From contig OX597836.1 in NCBI GenBank assembly GCA_951406725.2, positions 10,788,001 through 10,852,000 on the forward strand: DNA of 64,000 bases. Direction: 5' to 3'. This DNA is from Octopus vulgaris (lineage: Eukaryota). The notes under the pieces are model-generated. The model ran no database searches, was not told the DNA's origin, and saw only the letters and a list, made by a program, of their open reading frames with translations. Positions 13,384 through 27,080 of the stretch are shown piece after piece. The position numbers and the translations under genes are program-made. How positions within the stretch are numbered: the first letter of the stretch is position 1; each line of letters starts with the position of its first letter.

Positions 13384-13522
13384 AAGAGGGACAGAGAGTA
13401 AGAGAGAGAGAGAGAGAAAGGTGTAGCGTTGATTTGTTGATTGAACCAAAAGCCAGGACGGTAAACAACATCATATATATATATACATATACATATATAT
13501 ATATATTCATATCCATATATAC

Positions 13523-13553
<31 letters not shown>

Positions 13554-13622
13554 CATATATACATATATATATATATACATATATATACATATATATATAT
13601 ATACATATATACATATATATAT

Positions 13623-13687
<65 letters not shown>

Positions 13688-13722
13688 GTACATATATATA
13701 TATATATATATGTGCGTATGTG

Positions 13723-13765
<43 letters not shown>

Positions 13766-14067
13766 ACATGTATTTATGTATATCAACACAAACACCAGTG
13801 ACATTTTAGAGTTGACGACCAGCTTCCGCTTCCGCCGTTCACATCGTTTCTTGACATTTTCTGTAATAAATAATTGGTGATTGGCCAACATTGATTAAGA
13901 CAAAAGGACTCAATTCTCCTGTTAACTCAAGAGATCGGGTTACACTTGCTTTCATGGCGATTCGTTAGCGATGCCGACGGAGATTGCTGCAAAAGAATAA
14001 CCAAAAACAACTTAAATTGTTGGAGTTTTTTTAACCCTTTCTCTGTGTCTTTCACTGTCTGAGACTC

Positions 14068-14129
14068 TTTCATTCATTCATTCAATTTTTCATTCTTTCT
14101 GTCTTTCTTTCTTTCTTTCTTTCTTTCAT

Positions 14130-14161
<32 letters not shown>

Positions 14162-14457
14162 TCAATCTTTCTTTCATTCATTCTTTCTTTCTTTCAATAT
14201 TTCTTTCATTCATTCTTTCTTTCATTCTTTCTTTCATTCTTTCCTTCTTTCTTTCTTTCATTCTTTCTTTCATTCATTCTTTCTTTCTTTCATTCATTCT
14301 TTCGTTCTTTCTTTCTTTCTTTCTTTCTTTCTTTCATTCATTCATTCTTTCTTTCATTCATTCTTTCTTTCTTTCATTCATTCTTTCTTTCTTTCTTTCT
14401 TTCTTTCATTCATTCATTCATTCTTTCTATCTTTCTTTCATTCATTCTTTCATTCCT

Positions 14458-14488
<31 letters not shown>

Positions 14489-14625
14489 CTCTTTCTTTCA
14501 TTCATTCATCCATTCTTTCTTTCTTTCTCTCTTTCTTTCATTCATTCTTTCTTTCATTCTTTCTTTCATTCTTTCCTTCTTTCTTTCTTTCATTCTTTCT
14601 TTCATTCATTCTTTCTTTCTTTCAT

Positions 14626-14665
<40 letters not shown>

Positions 14666-14938
14666 TCATTCATTCATTCTTTCTTTCTTTCTTTCTTTCT
14701 TTCATTCATTCATTCTTTCTTTCTTTCATTCTTTCTTTCTTTCTTTCTTTCTTTCTTTCATTTTTTCTTTCATTCTTTCTTTCTTCCTTTCTTTCTTTCT
14801 TTCTTTCTTTCCTTCTTTCCTTCTTTCTTTCTTTCTTTCTTTCTTTCATTCTTTCTTTCTTTTTTCTTTCGTTCTTTCGTTCTTTCTTTCTTTCTTTCAT
14901 TCATTCATTCATTCTTTCTATCTTTCTTTCTTTCTTTT
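14068..14938. repeat. Long (TTTC/TTCA)n polypyrimidine microsatellite
   Basis: Directly visible, about 870 bp. Confidence 0.95.
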
Positions 14939-15257
14939 TGCCTCTGTCTTTCTTTCTCTCTGTCTTTGTCTTTAAGTTTGTATCCCCCGCCCTCGTCTCC
15001 CTGTTCCTCAACCCGACAGTCCGTTTCTCTTCTCTGTTTGCCTGTCTATCGTTTCCGACACTAGGACGATTTCTTACACCTATACAAGGTTCACCTCAAG
15101 ACATAACTGCTACACATATCGATACCTGAAGATTGAATGCAGCGAAACATTACATTACAGCACCGTTACATAATACATACATACATACATACATACATAC
15201 ATACATACATACATACGTAAATACATACATACATACCTATCTATGTATCTATCTATG

Positions 15258-15314
<57 letters not shown>

Positions 15315-15443
15315 GTATATAACTATATCTATATCTATTTATATATATACATACATATAATATATATATATATATTTTTTTTTATATTTATGTAGATATA
15401 TATATATAAATATATATATTAATAAATATATGTACATATATAT

Positions 15444-15509
<66 letters not shown>

Positions 15510-15520
15510 TATATATATAT

Positions 15521-15563
<43 letters not shown>

Positions 15564-15966
15564 TATAGATATATATATATATGTTTATATCTATGCGTGT
15601 GTGTGTGTGTTTGTGTGTATAAGTGTAAGTATATGTATAGCGGTTTGGAACAGAGGCGTTAGACAACACACTTTGGGAGTATAGTTAATTATATCGGTGC
15701 CAGTATTTGATTGATATTCATTTTATCGATTTCTGGTTGGGGGCCGGAAAGCAAAATGCCACCTTGCCAGCTAGTTTTCGAAAACAGGAAAGGAAAGAGA
15801 AAGAGAAAAACGAAACGTAACCTGATATCACGAGTCATATTGTCAATCAGTCTGCGACTATCACCACAACATAACTTTAATATATTCAGTGAAAATCTAT
15901 CTACTTATCAATCGATCGATCAATCTCCATCCTCTCTCACTTTCTCTTTCTCTCTGTCTCTCTGTC

Positions 15967-16057
<91 letters not shown>

Positions 16058-16083
16058 TATATATATATAAATATGTATCCAAC

Positions 16084-17184
16084 AAACTATCCAACATTGG
16101 TGTCTCTGGAAAGTTACTGAAATGGATTAAGTGTTTCCTGACAGACAGATCTCAACATGTTGTAGTTGAAGGGATAAAATCAAGCCCAGCCAAAGTCAGT
16201 AGTGGCGTTCCGCAAGGCACTGTGCTGGGCCCACTTCTTTTCATCATTTACATTAATGACATTAATGACATTATCAAGCACAGCAACATAAAAATCTTTG
16301 CAGATGACTCCAAGCTACAGAAGGTCATAAATGAGGCGAGTGACCGGACATGCCTTCAGTCAGATCTACTGGCTGTTATCCAATGGGCAGAAAAAAACAA
16401 TATGCTGCTGAACGAGGATAAATTTGAGCTAATCCACTTTGGAAAAGAGGATGCCCTGAAACTCCCATACTCCCTTCCTTCAGGTGAATCTCTCGCGGCG
16501 TCCAACAACATCAGAGACTTGGGAGTAATTGTGGACAACAACGTAAGCTGGGCCACTCATATAAACACCAAAGTTGACATGGCCCGCAGAATGTGTTCCT
16601 GGATTCTCAGAACTTTCCAGTCGAGAGATATCCACACCATTATCCTTCTCTTCTCCACTTTTGCCCGACCCCACCTTGAATACTGTTGTCCACTATGGTC
16701 TCCCCACACAATACAAGGTATCATAAAAGTCGAAGCACCTCAAAGGGCAATCACAAAAAAGATAGATGGCATGACAGGCCTCGACTATTGGGGTCGACTA
16801 GAAAAGCTAAAACTCTATTCTCTCCAACGTCGTCGTGAGCGCTACATCATCTGCATGATGTGGAAAATATTCCATCAGCATTGCCCAAATGATGTTGGCA
16901 TCACCTTTAAGGTACATCCAAGGCTTGGGCCCCGTGCCATCCGCCCAAAACAAAAATCGCACTCTCATCTCATAACAACAATACGGCACAATTATTTCAC
17001 CTCAATTGGCCCCGCTCTCTTTAATATTACACCAAAACACATTAAAACAGAAACTGACCCTATAGGGTTCAAGAAGTCTTTGGACAGATTCCTTCAAGAA
17101 ATCCCGGATAAACCCCCTACACCCGGATATGTCTCTGTAAACAATAACTCTCTACTTGAGTGGGCCATAGTGCCCAAATTCTGA
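16084..17184 (+). CDS. LINE reverse transcriptase ORF2, C-terminal part only (no real start codon)
   Basis: Motifs GVPQGTVLGPLLFIIYIND, FADD, IRDLGVIVD, RPHLEYCCPLWSP and LYSLQRRRERY in an uninterrupted frame. The first ~65 aa of the listed 431-aa ORF are microsatellite read-through. Confidence 0.9.
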   Translation, partial: KLSNIGVSGKLLKWIKCFLTDRSQHVVVEGIKSSPAKVSSGVPQGTVLGPLLFIIYINDINDIIKHSNIKIFADDSKLQKVINEASDRTCLQSDLLAVIQWAEKNNMLLNEDKFELIHFGKEDALKLPYSLPSGESLAASNNIRDLGVIVDNNVSWATHINTKVDMARRMCSWILRTFQSRDIHTIILLFSTFARPHLEYCCPLWSPHTIQGIIKVEAPQRAITKKIDGMTGLDYWGRLEKLKLYSLQRRRERYIICMMWKIFHQHCPNDVGITFKVHPRLGPRAIRPKQKSHSHLITTIRHNYFTSIGPALFNITPKHIKTETDPIGFKKSLDRFLQEIPDKPPTPGYVSVNNNSLLEWAIVPKF

Positions 17185-17273
17185 CTTGAAAGACTTCACC
17201 AGGTGGTGCTATTAAGTTAGACATGGCCTGGGCCAATAATGGCGAAACCTATCAAAGTATCAAAGTATCAAAG

Positions 17274-17275
<2 letters not shown>
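16084..17275 (+). mobile_element. 5'-truncated CR1/L2-group LINE
   Basis: RT and C-terminal ORF, short 3' UTR with GGTGGTGCT...CATGGCC...GAAAC, and a (TATCAAAG)3 tail. Flanked by TA-rich microsatellites on both sides. Confidence 0.93.
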
Positions 17276-17319
<44 letters not shown>

Positions 17320-17808
17320 TGTATATATTATATATATATATATACATTTATATATATATATATATACATATATATATACACATATATATACATATATACA
17401 TATATACATACATATATATATATACATATATATGTATACATATATACTCATATATACATACATATATATACATATATATATATATACATATATATATGTA
17501 CATATATGTATACATATATTTATGCATATATGTATAAATGTATATGTATATATATGTATATATGTATATATATACACACATATATATATATACATATATA
17601 TATATTCCTAAATACATGCACACATATGTACATGCATGCATACAAACATACATATATTCTGTGGCACTCATACACACACACATATATATGTATGTCTGTC
17701 TGTATGTATATATGTAGGTATGTATATATGTATGAATGTATGTATGTATGTATGTATGTATGTATGTATGTATGTATATATGCATGTATGTTTACGTAAG
17801 TGTGCATA

Positions 17809-19151
17809 CTGGGTGCTTAGTTTTGAGTTCATTTGTGTGAAGTTAGTAAGAGATGCATAACTCATGAAAGAAAATATTATTTCAAAAGAAATTGATGCAA
17901 ATAATCTTGGTGGATCCTTCTATCACCCCTAATCAATGAATCCACTGTCAGCATCAATAGCTACTGCACTATGGGGTCGGAAACGTTGACATGCCCGAGT
18001 CATCAATTGTTGACATAGGGCTGGTAATGGCGGACTTGAGAAATTGTATGGTGTTATGGGGATATCGATTGACCTGTCTCACGAGTGCTCCCCATACGTA
18101 ATATTCCAGTGCATTGGGGCCTGGGGAAACACGACCACGGAGAGTGGTACCCACCCACACTTGTTGTAAAACGTACGGTCTTCTGTTGCATATTCTGTTT
18201 ATCCAGGCCCTCACAACTTTCTCAAACACCTCCGTGTAGACAGCGGTGTTGATTCTTAAGCCCTGTGAAAAAAATTGACGAAGCATGACATCTTCGTCGC
18301 TGCTGAAAACTCCCAGACCCATTACAGTTGCTGGGAACTTGGTATGTCTTACCGTTGGAACCTTATTCGGCTCTCTGCATAACCATCTGTCATTCGTTCG
18401 GTTTAACTTTTGGTGCTGAACGGAGTTTTTCTCATCAGAGAAAAACCAAACCTTTCCAGCCTCGTGTCGTCTTAGTTTGTTAAGTAAGTGCTTCCCACAG
18501 AAAGATTCTCTCTCGTCTAATCCGGTATAAACTGGTCCCTTTGTATCACATACAGCTTGTACTGGATGTCCTCATGCACAGCTCTTCTGTTGGGGTATTC
18601 TGAAACCTTGAGGTCCTTTGCAATGGCTCTGATTGACCTTTTGTGCAAAGTTATGTGTACTGATGCTACTAGAATCCCGTACATGCATATTACGATTAGC
18701 TACTGATGTCAGATCCCCAGAGCAGCTTCCAGCGCTTCTCTATCTTTCACAACGTAGGATCAGGACCCTTTCGAGAAGCGAGCTATCTCTGTATCACAAT
18801 ACAGTAATCCCTCGACTATCGCGGGTGTTACGTTCCAAAACCCCCTCTCGATAGGTGAACACCTACGAATTAGAAACAGTACTGTACGGTATATTTTTTC
18901 ATTATTATTTTTATAATTTGTATATATTTATTTTATTATAATTGCAAAACAACACCACGGAGGAATTGACGTAAGTTTAAATAATAAACCGCGATAGGTG
19001 AACCGCGATGTGGTGAGGGATTACTCTACTACACTTTTAAGGCAACGATTATAGCGTTGACATTATTCATCTCAAAAGTAAGGTAAAAGAAATAAGCTAA
19101 AAGAACGTTAAAGTTCTTGAAAGAGGTGTCCTCAAAAATGTGACCACCTTG
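17809..19151 (-). mobile_element. Decayed Tc1/mariner-superfamily transposon, probably maT/DD37D-like
   Basis: Minus strand gives WFFSDEKN...NRTNDRWLC...TKFPATVMGLGVFSSD...INTAVYTEV...PYVLQQ...SPGPNALEYYVWG, the DDD catalytic region. Diverged candidate TIRs beside TA at both ends. Confidence 0.8.
18802..19026. mobile_element. pogo/Tigger-like MITE nested in the maT-like relic
   Basis: TIR CAGTAATCCCTCGACTATCGCGG matched by CCGCGATGTGGTGAGGGATTACTC, with TA at both flanks. A related copy lies at 46882. Confidence 0.8.
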
Positions 19152-19222
19152 TATATGCATACAATCTATTTACCTACCTACCTACCTACCTGTCTGTCTG
19201 TCTGTCTGTCTATTGTGCCTCT

Positions 19223-19602
19223 AGGTTCTGAATTCGAATTCTGCCGAGCTAGACCTTGCTCCCTATCCTTTCGGGATCGATAAAACACGTACCAGTTAAG
19301 CACTGGGATCGATGTAATCGACTTCTACACCCACATCCCAAATTGCTGGCCTTGTGCCAAAATTTGAAACCAATATTAATACGGGTTGCAAAGCATCGAG
19401 CTGGCAGAATCGTTAGGGCAAAATGCTGAGCGGCATTTCGTTTACATTTACGTTCTGAGTTCAAGTTTCACCGATGTCGACTTTGCTATTCATACATTCG
19501 GGGAGGATAAAATAAGTACCATTTGAGCACCGAGGTAGATGTAATCGAATTAGCATCTCCTTCGAAATTACTGGCCTTCTACCAAAATTTTAAACCAATA
19601 TT
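19223..19602 (+). mobile_element. Two adjacent older SINE-A-related copies (alternative tail)
   Basis: B-box and central domain, then tail AAATTGCTGGCCTTGTGCCAAAATTTGAAACCAATATT, present twice. Confidence 0.8.
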
Positions 19603-20090
19603 CTTCAACTATTTTATGGTTGACTGCTTAATACCGATAAGAGTATCCAACTGCAAAAAATAATTACCTCTACTTTACACGAATGATTACTAGTTGGAAA
19701 ACTGTTCCATTCAGAAGAACGAAAAAATATATATAAACACACAAAAACAAAACGTAAAACGTATAAAAATTGCAACATAGGCACTAATGATTCGTGTTGT
19801 TTAATAACAGACAGAAACTCTTCAACGATTTTGGTGTTTCTGTCAGAATCCTGGTGTTGGAAACTTTTCGTGACTTCTGTGAATCATATTAAGTCCTCCT
19901 TAGATTTCCTCCCATCACGTTTGTGATAAAGGATGATTTCTCTTGGCAGCAAGCATAATTGCATTAAATTACATTTTAAAACCGTATAATTACTTAAGGT
20001 TTCGTAAATGCAACACCAAAAGCTGTAGACAATGTTACTGTATTAGCAATCACGTCAGGTGTAAGCAATCTAATACACACTCGCACACGC

Positions 20091-20160
<70 letters not shown>

Positions 20161-20191
20161 AGATATATATATATATATATTTATATATATG

Positions 20192-20287
<96 letters not shown>

Positions 20288-21276
20288 CTTACACACACAC
20301 ACTTGTATGTGTAAATTATATGTAATGTGCTAATATTTACATGAAGTTTCTGAGAATCTATGTTTCAATTAACACCGATAATTTATTAAATTGTTAAGAA
20401 TTTATGTTTAAAATTCGGAAACGCAATATCGCCACTGTTAAACTTGCGAAAGAAATGATATATTTGGCGTTGGCAGTTTTCAAACTTAACTTCTGACACG
20501 ATTCTTTTACGGTCTGTCATAAGATTCGTGTTAGAATCTTAAGTTTCTTAAGTTCTAAATTCAAGAATCCTAAATATCTTAGTCGTGAAATATATTTCAC
20601 TAAACATTTTCAAATGTGTTACTAATTCTGCATGTTTTGTCTTGTTATTAAGGCGTTCGCTTGTCACCTAAGTGGTTCCGTGTTTGTTCTCATTTCTCAG
20701 TATATTCTGCATTCTTCTATGGCTTTGCTTACATCAAAATATTATTCCACATTTTGAGAGCCTGCGATATGCTATTATTTACTCAAGCCAAATTCTTTCT
20801 ATATTATTTCGACTGATGGGGACACTCACTTTTGTCATTGTTTGCTATTCGTTTCTATTTTTCATGAACTTTGATGCAGTATCGGTATGATGCAGAACTA
20901 AATATTGGACTTAATAATCCATTTAACGCCCATCTACACATGATAAAGCTCCCATTAGCTTGGAAGGAACTCATTCAGTTTTGACAAGTTTTGAAGGTGC
21001 TTTTCAATCTCCCGACATTCTCATATAACCTCCTCACTGGATAAGGCTAGTAGGAGGGCAGTTATGTTGTCCGCCACTCAGTTACGAACAAAGTGTGTTA
21101 TATTATTAGCCTTCGATGAAATTGGTAAAAAGATATCAAGAAGTAATATACAGTTTTGAGTGATAGACTCCATTCATTGCTTGGTTTAGCAGTATTAAGT
21201 TAGGGACATCGGTTTAGTCACACCGCATGGCACTTTGATGCTTTTAGCATTATTGGTTCCGTCGCAAACATCTAGG

Positions 21277-21288
21277 TATGTATGTATG

Positions 21289-21322
<34 letters not shown>

Positions 21323-21396
21323 TGTATGTATGTATGTATGTATGTATGTATGTATGTATGTATGTATGTATGTATGTATGTATGTATGCATGCATG

Positions 21397-21427
<31 letters not shown>

Positions 21428-21722
21428 GTATGCATGTATGTATGTATGTATATATGTATGTATGTATATATGTATGTATGTAAGTATGTATGTATGTATG
21501 TATGCATGCATGCATGTATGTATGCATGCATGTATGTATGTATGCATGCATGCATGTATGTATGAATGCATGCATGCATGTATGTATGTATGTATGTATG
21601 TATGTAAGTATGCATGTATGTATGTATGTATGTATGTATGTATGTATGTATGTATGTATGTATGTATGTATGTATGTATGTATGTATGTATGTATGTATG
21701 TATGTATGTATGTATGTATGTA
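21277..21722. repeat. (TATG)n microsatellite with TGCA variants
   Basis: Directly visible. Representative of dozens of (TA)n, (TATG)n, (TATC)n, (CA)n and (GA)n tracts across the window that are not listed individually. Confidence 0.95.
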
Positions 21723-21811
21723 GATATAACTGAAAAAAAAGACAAGATCTGTTTTTGCTAGTTCAAAATTAGTCTGACTGAAATAAACAGAAGCACGTGA
21801 GTATCCATCAT

Positions 21812-21842
<31 letters not shown>

Positions 21843-22005
21843 GATAAATAAATAAATAAATGAATAAATAATCTCTACTTTATGTATTGAGTGGTTTGCC
21901 TAAAATTATGGCTCTTCATTTTACTTCTTTTTTCAATAACATTCAACAATTATCGCTGAAATTATTGGCACATAAATTGGAATTCTGTAGAAACTGCAAT
22001 TTCTC

Positions 22006-22050
<45 letters not shown>

Positions 22051-22061
22051 ACACAGACACA

Positions 22062-22131
<70 letters not shown>

Positions 22132-22252
22132 CACACGCACACACACGAATATACATTTATATATATATATATATATATATATACATCTGTAAACATATAA
22201 CATATACACACATACACACATATATACACACGCACACACACGTATATACATT

Positions 22253-22298
<46 letters not shown>

Positions 22299-22849
22299 CA
22301 TCTGTAAACATATAACGTATAGACACATACATACGCGCGCTCTCAAACAGATGCAGACACACAGACATACGTATTGTGGAGCAGTCCCCCGTCAAAACAA
22401 CAGCCTATTGTCGCAAGAATGATGAATTGTGGCGTCTATTGTCGTATTTCGATGCTGAAAACAGAAAACAAAGCAAAATTAAAAAAAAAAAACCTCCAGA
22501 ATTAATAAGTGTTTGAAATACGGCATTTTAAAATCTAGATTTCCAATCATGAATATATAATATGTATGTCTACACAAAAGATCATTGTTATGCTAATTAT
22601 GAGTCAGGTTACGTTTTGGTGTAGAAAATAAATTGGGACCCATTTTGCCGATTTATGTGTCTATGTGCTCACACGTTTGTGCTTCACGTGTGTTTGTGGT
22701 ATGTAGGTGAAGAAAAAAATCTCATCAGACCCCTCTCCCTCCTCTATCTCTCCATCTCTCTCTTATACATATATATTAATGTATGCATGCTTACATACAT
22801 AGATATACCCGCTTATATATATGAATGTGTGTACGGGTGTATGGAATGG

Positions 22850-22910
<61 letters not shown>

Positions 22911-23092
22911 GTCATGATAGATTGTTATCCACTAAACACATTTTTTCTTTCCTTGTTTTTTCTGTGTCCCTTTCTGTAGAAGAGCGTAGGCTCGAAACGT
23001 AAAAGACTTTTTCTATTCCTGAGCGTTATACTAATACATTTGTTTGTTTTGTACACTACCTGTGTTCGTCTTTTGTTTTTTTCGTAAACTCT

Positions 23093-23095
<3 letters not shown>
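22911..23095 (+). mobile_element. Family D ~185-bp element with a minimal hammerhead-like motif (Penelope-like terminus or retrozyme-like)
   Basis: CTTT-CTGTAGA-A-GAGC-GTAG-GCTC-GAAA-CG-TA-AAAG at 22970-23005. Flanked by microsatellites. Homologous to copies at 24353, 28278, 35608 and 42380. Confidence 0.7.
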
Positions 23096-23163
<68 letters not shown>

Positions 23164-23277
23164 TAGCCTGCTCGCTTAGCCAGCGGGGTGGCGTCATTCG
23201 AAGGCTAAAACAATGCGAACGCATTGTGACCAGCGATGTGTAGCAACATCTGATGGTCTGGTCGGTCACGTCATGTG

Positions 23278-23342
<65 letters not shown>

Positions 23343-23360
23343 TATATATATATATGTGTG

Positions 23361-23467
<107 letters not shown>

Positions 23468-24352
23468 GCTTGTTCCTTCTCAAGCCATGCCTGGCTCCTA
23501 TATATAAGGTTGGGGAAATTTGTTCGACAAACCGTTCAATACAGTTTCACAGTGTGGGCGCAGTCCAGTGAGTGAAACAAGCCAGAGATGAAATATAAAG
23601 ATGGCAGTTACATACCGATCGGTCTGTGAGTCAAAGTTCCTTCATATATCCATACCAGACCAGACGAGGCCCAAGCTGATTCATCTGTCTCTAAGAATTC
23701 CATTTCTATTTCCATACCAGTCACTAGTCACGACGCCGTCATTACTATTTTCTAAAATTCAATTTCCTTGTATTCTATTATTATATTCCGACTAATTTAT
23801 TATTTCACTCATGGCTTCTTTTGTCTGTCTCACTCGAATTCCAACCCACACTCTTCATTTACTCAACTCGGCATCATTGATGCCATTTCTAGTGAAGAAT
23901 ATTTATATATTGGTAGATGAGTCAATGCCTCTACGTATTTTTAAGAAGCGCGTGTTTAATGAATTCAAGTTTAGTTTCTGGAAAAAGAAAACAAAATCTC
24001 TCAGTCAGACTGGCAAATACTCGACAACACATTACAAATACTTATGTGTTGTGTCTGTTTGTTAGTTCAGGTGGATTATTTCTTGCACTGGTATATGTAC
24101 ATCATATACCTATACACACGTCTGCACACATGTATATATCTGCTTAACAGATATACACACAATTTGCATCCTTCCTAACAATTGCGGGCTTTGTGTCAAA
24201 ATTTGAAACTAATGGATGCCCTGTGCGCTAAATCTTCATTGAGTGTTCAGGACAAATTTTACGATTTTCGATGTCCTCTCTTTTCAAGGCGGTGCACCAG
24301 CATGGCCGCAGTCTCATAAAAAGTAAATGATATACATATACATACACTTATA

Positions 24353-24454
24353 ACGGGAAGCTTTATGAAAATAAACAAAAGACGAAGGCAGGTGGAATAC
24401 AAACAAACAATTGTATTAGTATGGCGCTCAGGAATATAAATAAAACAAGTCTTT
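24353..24454 (-). mobile_element. Family D copy truncated at the predicted ribozyme cleavage site
   Basis: Homologous to the 3' half of family D. Flanked by the direct repeat TACATACACTTATA at 24339-24352 and 24455-24468. Confidence 0.75.
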
Positions 24455-24481
24455 TACATACACTTATATAAATTTAGATAT

Positions 24482-24672
24482 GTTTCGACCAAAGATTGGT
24501 CCAGGCCATGTCTAACTTAATAGCTCCACCTGATAGGATTATCTGAATCCTGTTTAAGTCAAGTTTTGTTTATGGTCCATTCAAGTAGTGAGTTTTTGTT
24601 GGGTGAGTTGTATCCAATTATGGGTGGCCTATCTGGTATTCCTTGAAGGGATCTATCCAGACTCCGTTTAAA

Positions 24673-24673
<1 letters not shown>
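24482..24673 (-). mobile_element. 3'-terminal fragment of a CR1/L2-group LINE related to 16084-17275
   Basis: Translates to FKRSLDRSLQGIPDRPPIIGYNSPNKNSLLEWTINKT*, against FKKSLDRFLQEIPDKPPTPGYVSVNNNSLLEWAIVPKF*. Shares the 3' UTR motif GCTATTAAGTTAGACATGGCCTGG. Confidence 0.88.
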
Positions 24674-24727
<54 letters not shown>

Positions 24728-24728
<1 letters not shown>

Positions 24729-25262
24729 TTTTATTCTATTGCTTATAAATAGATATGTTCTCTAACCGGTAAATTCGCTACGGAAATGCATTAACTGCAG
24801 AGTTCTTTCGATTTCAGCGGAAAGAAATGTTTTGAAAAATTTTAAATAGAACCTGATACATTATTGGCATAAATCTATACACGTTCTCTTTCGAAGGGAC
24901 GTCTTGTGTCTTGTTCTGCGAATTATGCTTTCCTGCAACGACTTCGCTGATGAACCACGGACGATCACATTAGTGACGGTTAATAGCGAAACCTGAGGTA
25001 TGGAATTTATGGCCAAATTTTATATCTTTTCATTTGTCTTGCTCGCTTACATTCTGGTGTTTGATGAAATTTCTTGAAAACACATTTTTCGTTGTAAGTC
25101 GATCTGGCGTCTTCTTCTAGCATATTAGGAACCCACCTTAGTGGTTATTACTCTTATATATATAATATAATTCATAGTCTTCGGATGTTTTTAAGTATGC
25201 TAGGCCACTAGTTTAATTTGATGGTAATTAATATTAATTTCTACCTCCATTATTTAACTTTT
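24728..25262 (+). mobile_element. (TA)n-flanked element with a degenerate hammerhead motif and subterminal GCTAGGCCAC
   Basis: CTGATGA at 24947 and GAAA-CCTGAGG-TA at 24988-25000. The end region resembles 54010-54110. Confidence 0.45.
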
Positions 25263-25276
25263 ATATATATATATAC

Positions 25277-25342
<66 letters not shown>

Positions 25343-25384
25343 GTATTTATACATACATATATATATATATATATACAGGTATTT

Positions 25385-25419
<35 letters not shown>

Positions 25420-25984
25420 AGTATATATATACACGTTGTATATATATATACATATACATATATATACATGTGCACACACACACACATATACGTTTGTATA
25501 AATTTATATACGTAATTATAGACATGCATCCCGATGTAGATCTGTATAAAGATACGAACGCAACTGCAGTGTACTTGCTTGCACGTATGTTCCATCAGAT
25601 CTGACTTGGAACTGGAAAAAGAGAAATATTATCAGCAATAGCAATCGTGTCGACACCAACACCAACAGCAACAACAATATGACAACTGATACACATACAT
25701 AACACAAAAATAAAAACGCCACAAACAAAAACCCAGTAAACAATAAAAAGACCTCCATATTCGACGTCGCCAACAATCAACCATGCTGTGGCGGCCAGCA
25801 TCAATCCTGGAATAGCGCAATTAATGATTCATCTTGACCGTTGAATTATCATTCAGGTGTATGAGTGACCATGTCTGGTTTCATGGTCTTGTCAGGAAAC
25901 TCTTCTTAACCTCGTTACTGTTCGCTTTCATCGGTTTTGACATTTTCTTCTTAACATTGCATTTCGTTGTCACGGTATTTCGAA

Positions 25985-26058
<74 letters not shown>

Positions 26059-26968
26059 GAAAACCCAACATTTTCTGTACACACTAAACGCAGACATTCT
26101 TCGAATACAATAAAAAAAAAGTTTTCTATCAAAATCTCTTGTTAAATCTAATCGAAGATCATTGACTGTAAGGACACGAATTGATTTTTGCTTTGACTAG
26201 ATACGAAGCTGATCGAATAGTGAATTTATTCTGACCCCCTAGTCTTTCAAGATAACAAAATGTATTGATCTCGGAGTGTTGTGCTGCACAATCGACTTCG
26301 ATGCCATTTGAAGCGCAGAATGTATATAAATGAAATCAAACTTTGCCATACTCTTTCATTACAATTCTCTGTCGTTCTCTGAGAACTATTGGGTTCCCAG
26401 AATTCCTTCGCTGTTTTTTTTTTACCAATATATATTAATCCATTCCTATGTTATTTGGATTAACGCAAAAAAAAAATTATTCTAGCATTCTATAGATTTT
26501 TGTAGCTCTGTTCTTCCTCAAAACCTTTTGTTTAACGTTTGTGGAATAATGCATCTTTTCAGACATATAACGAAAGAGTGGCAAGTTGAAAAAAAAATCA
26601 AAGAAAAGACTTAGATCATTGGTCTTTTCATTCAGGCCTTACATAGGGCTTAGCAGCAACAAAATTCTTGAACGATTACTAATCTTTAATCTTATAATCA
26701 TTATATACAAGCAGTTAAGGTAATCAAAGCTTGTTTCGAGGCTACAGACTCATTAGAGCGAAGATTATCGCAGTTTCCGTGAAGCTTAAGTACGAGATTC
26801 TTCCATCACTCTAAACAAGACGTCTGTGTACTTAGTTTCAGTGAGACAGGTTGGAGTAACGTGAAGTATCTTTCTAAACGACAAAACTCATGACCCGGTC
26901 CACGAATTGGAACCTCGATAGTGATCCCGAGGCCCTAACCATTAAACCAGGGATAAATCAATCAATCA

Positions 26969-27058
<90 letters not shown>

Positions 27059-27080
27059 TTCTTTCTCTCCCCCTCTCTCT

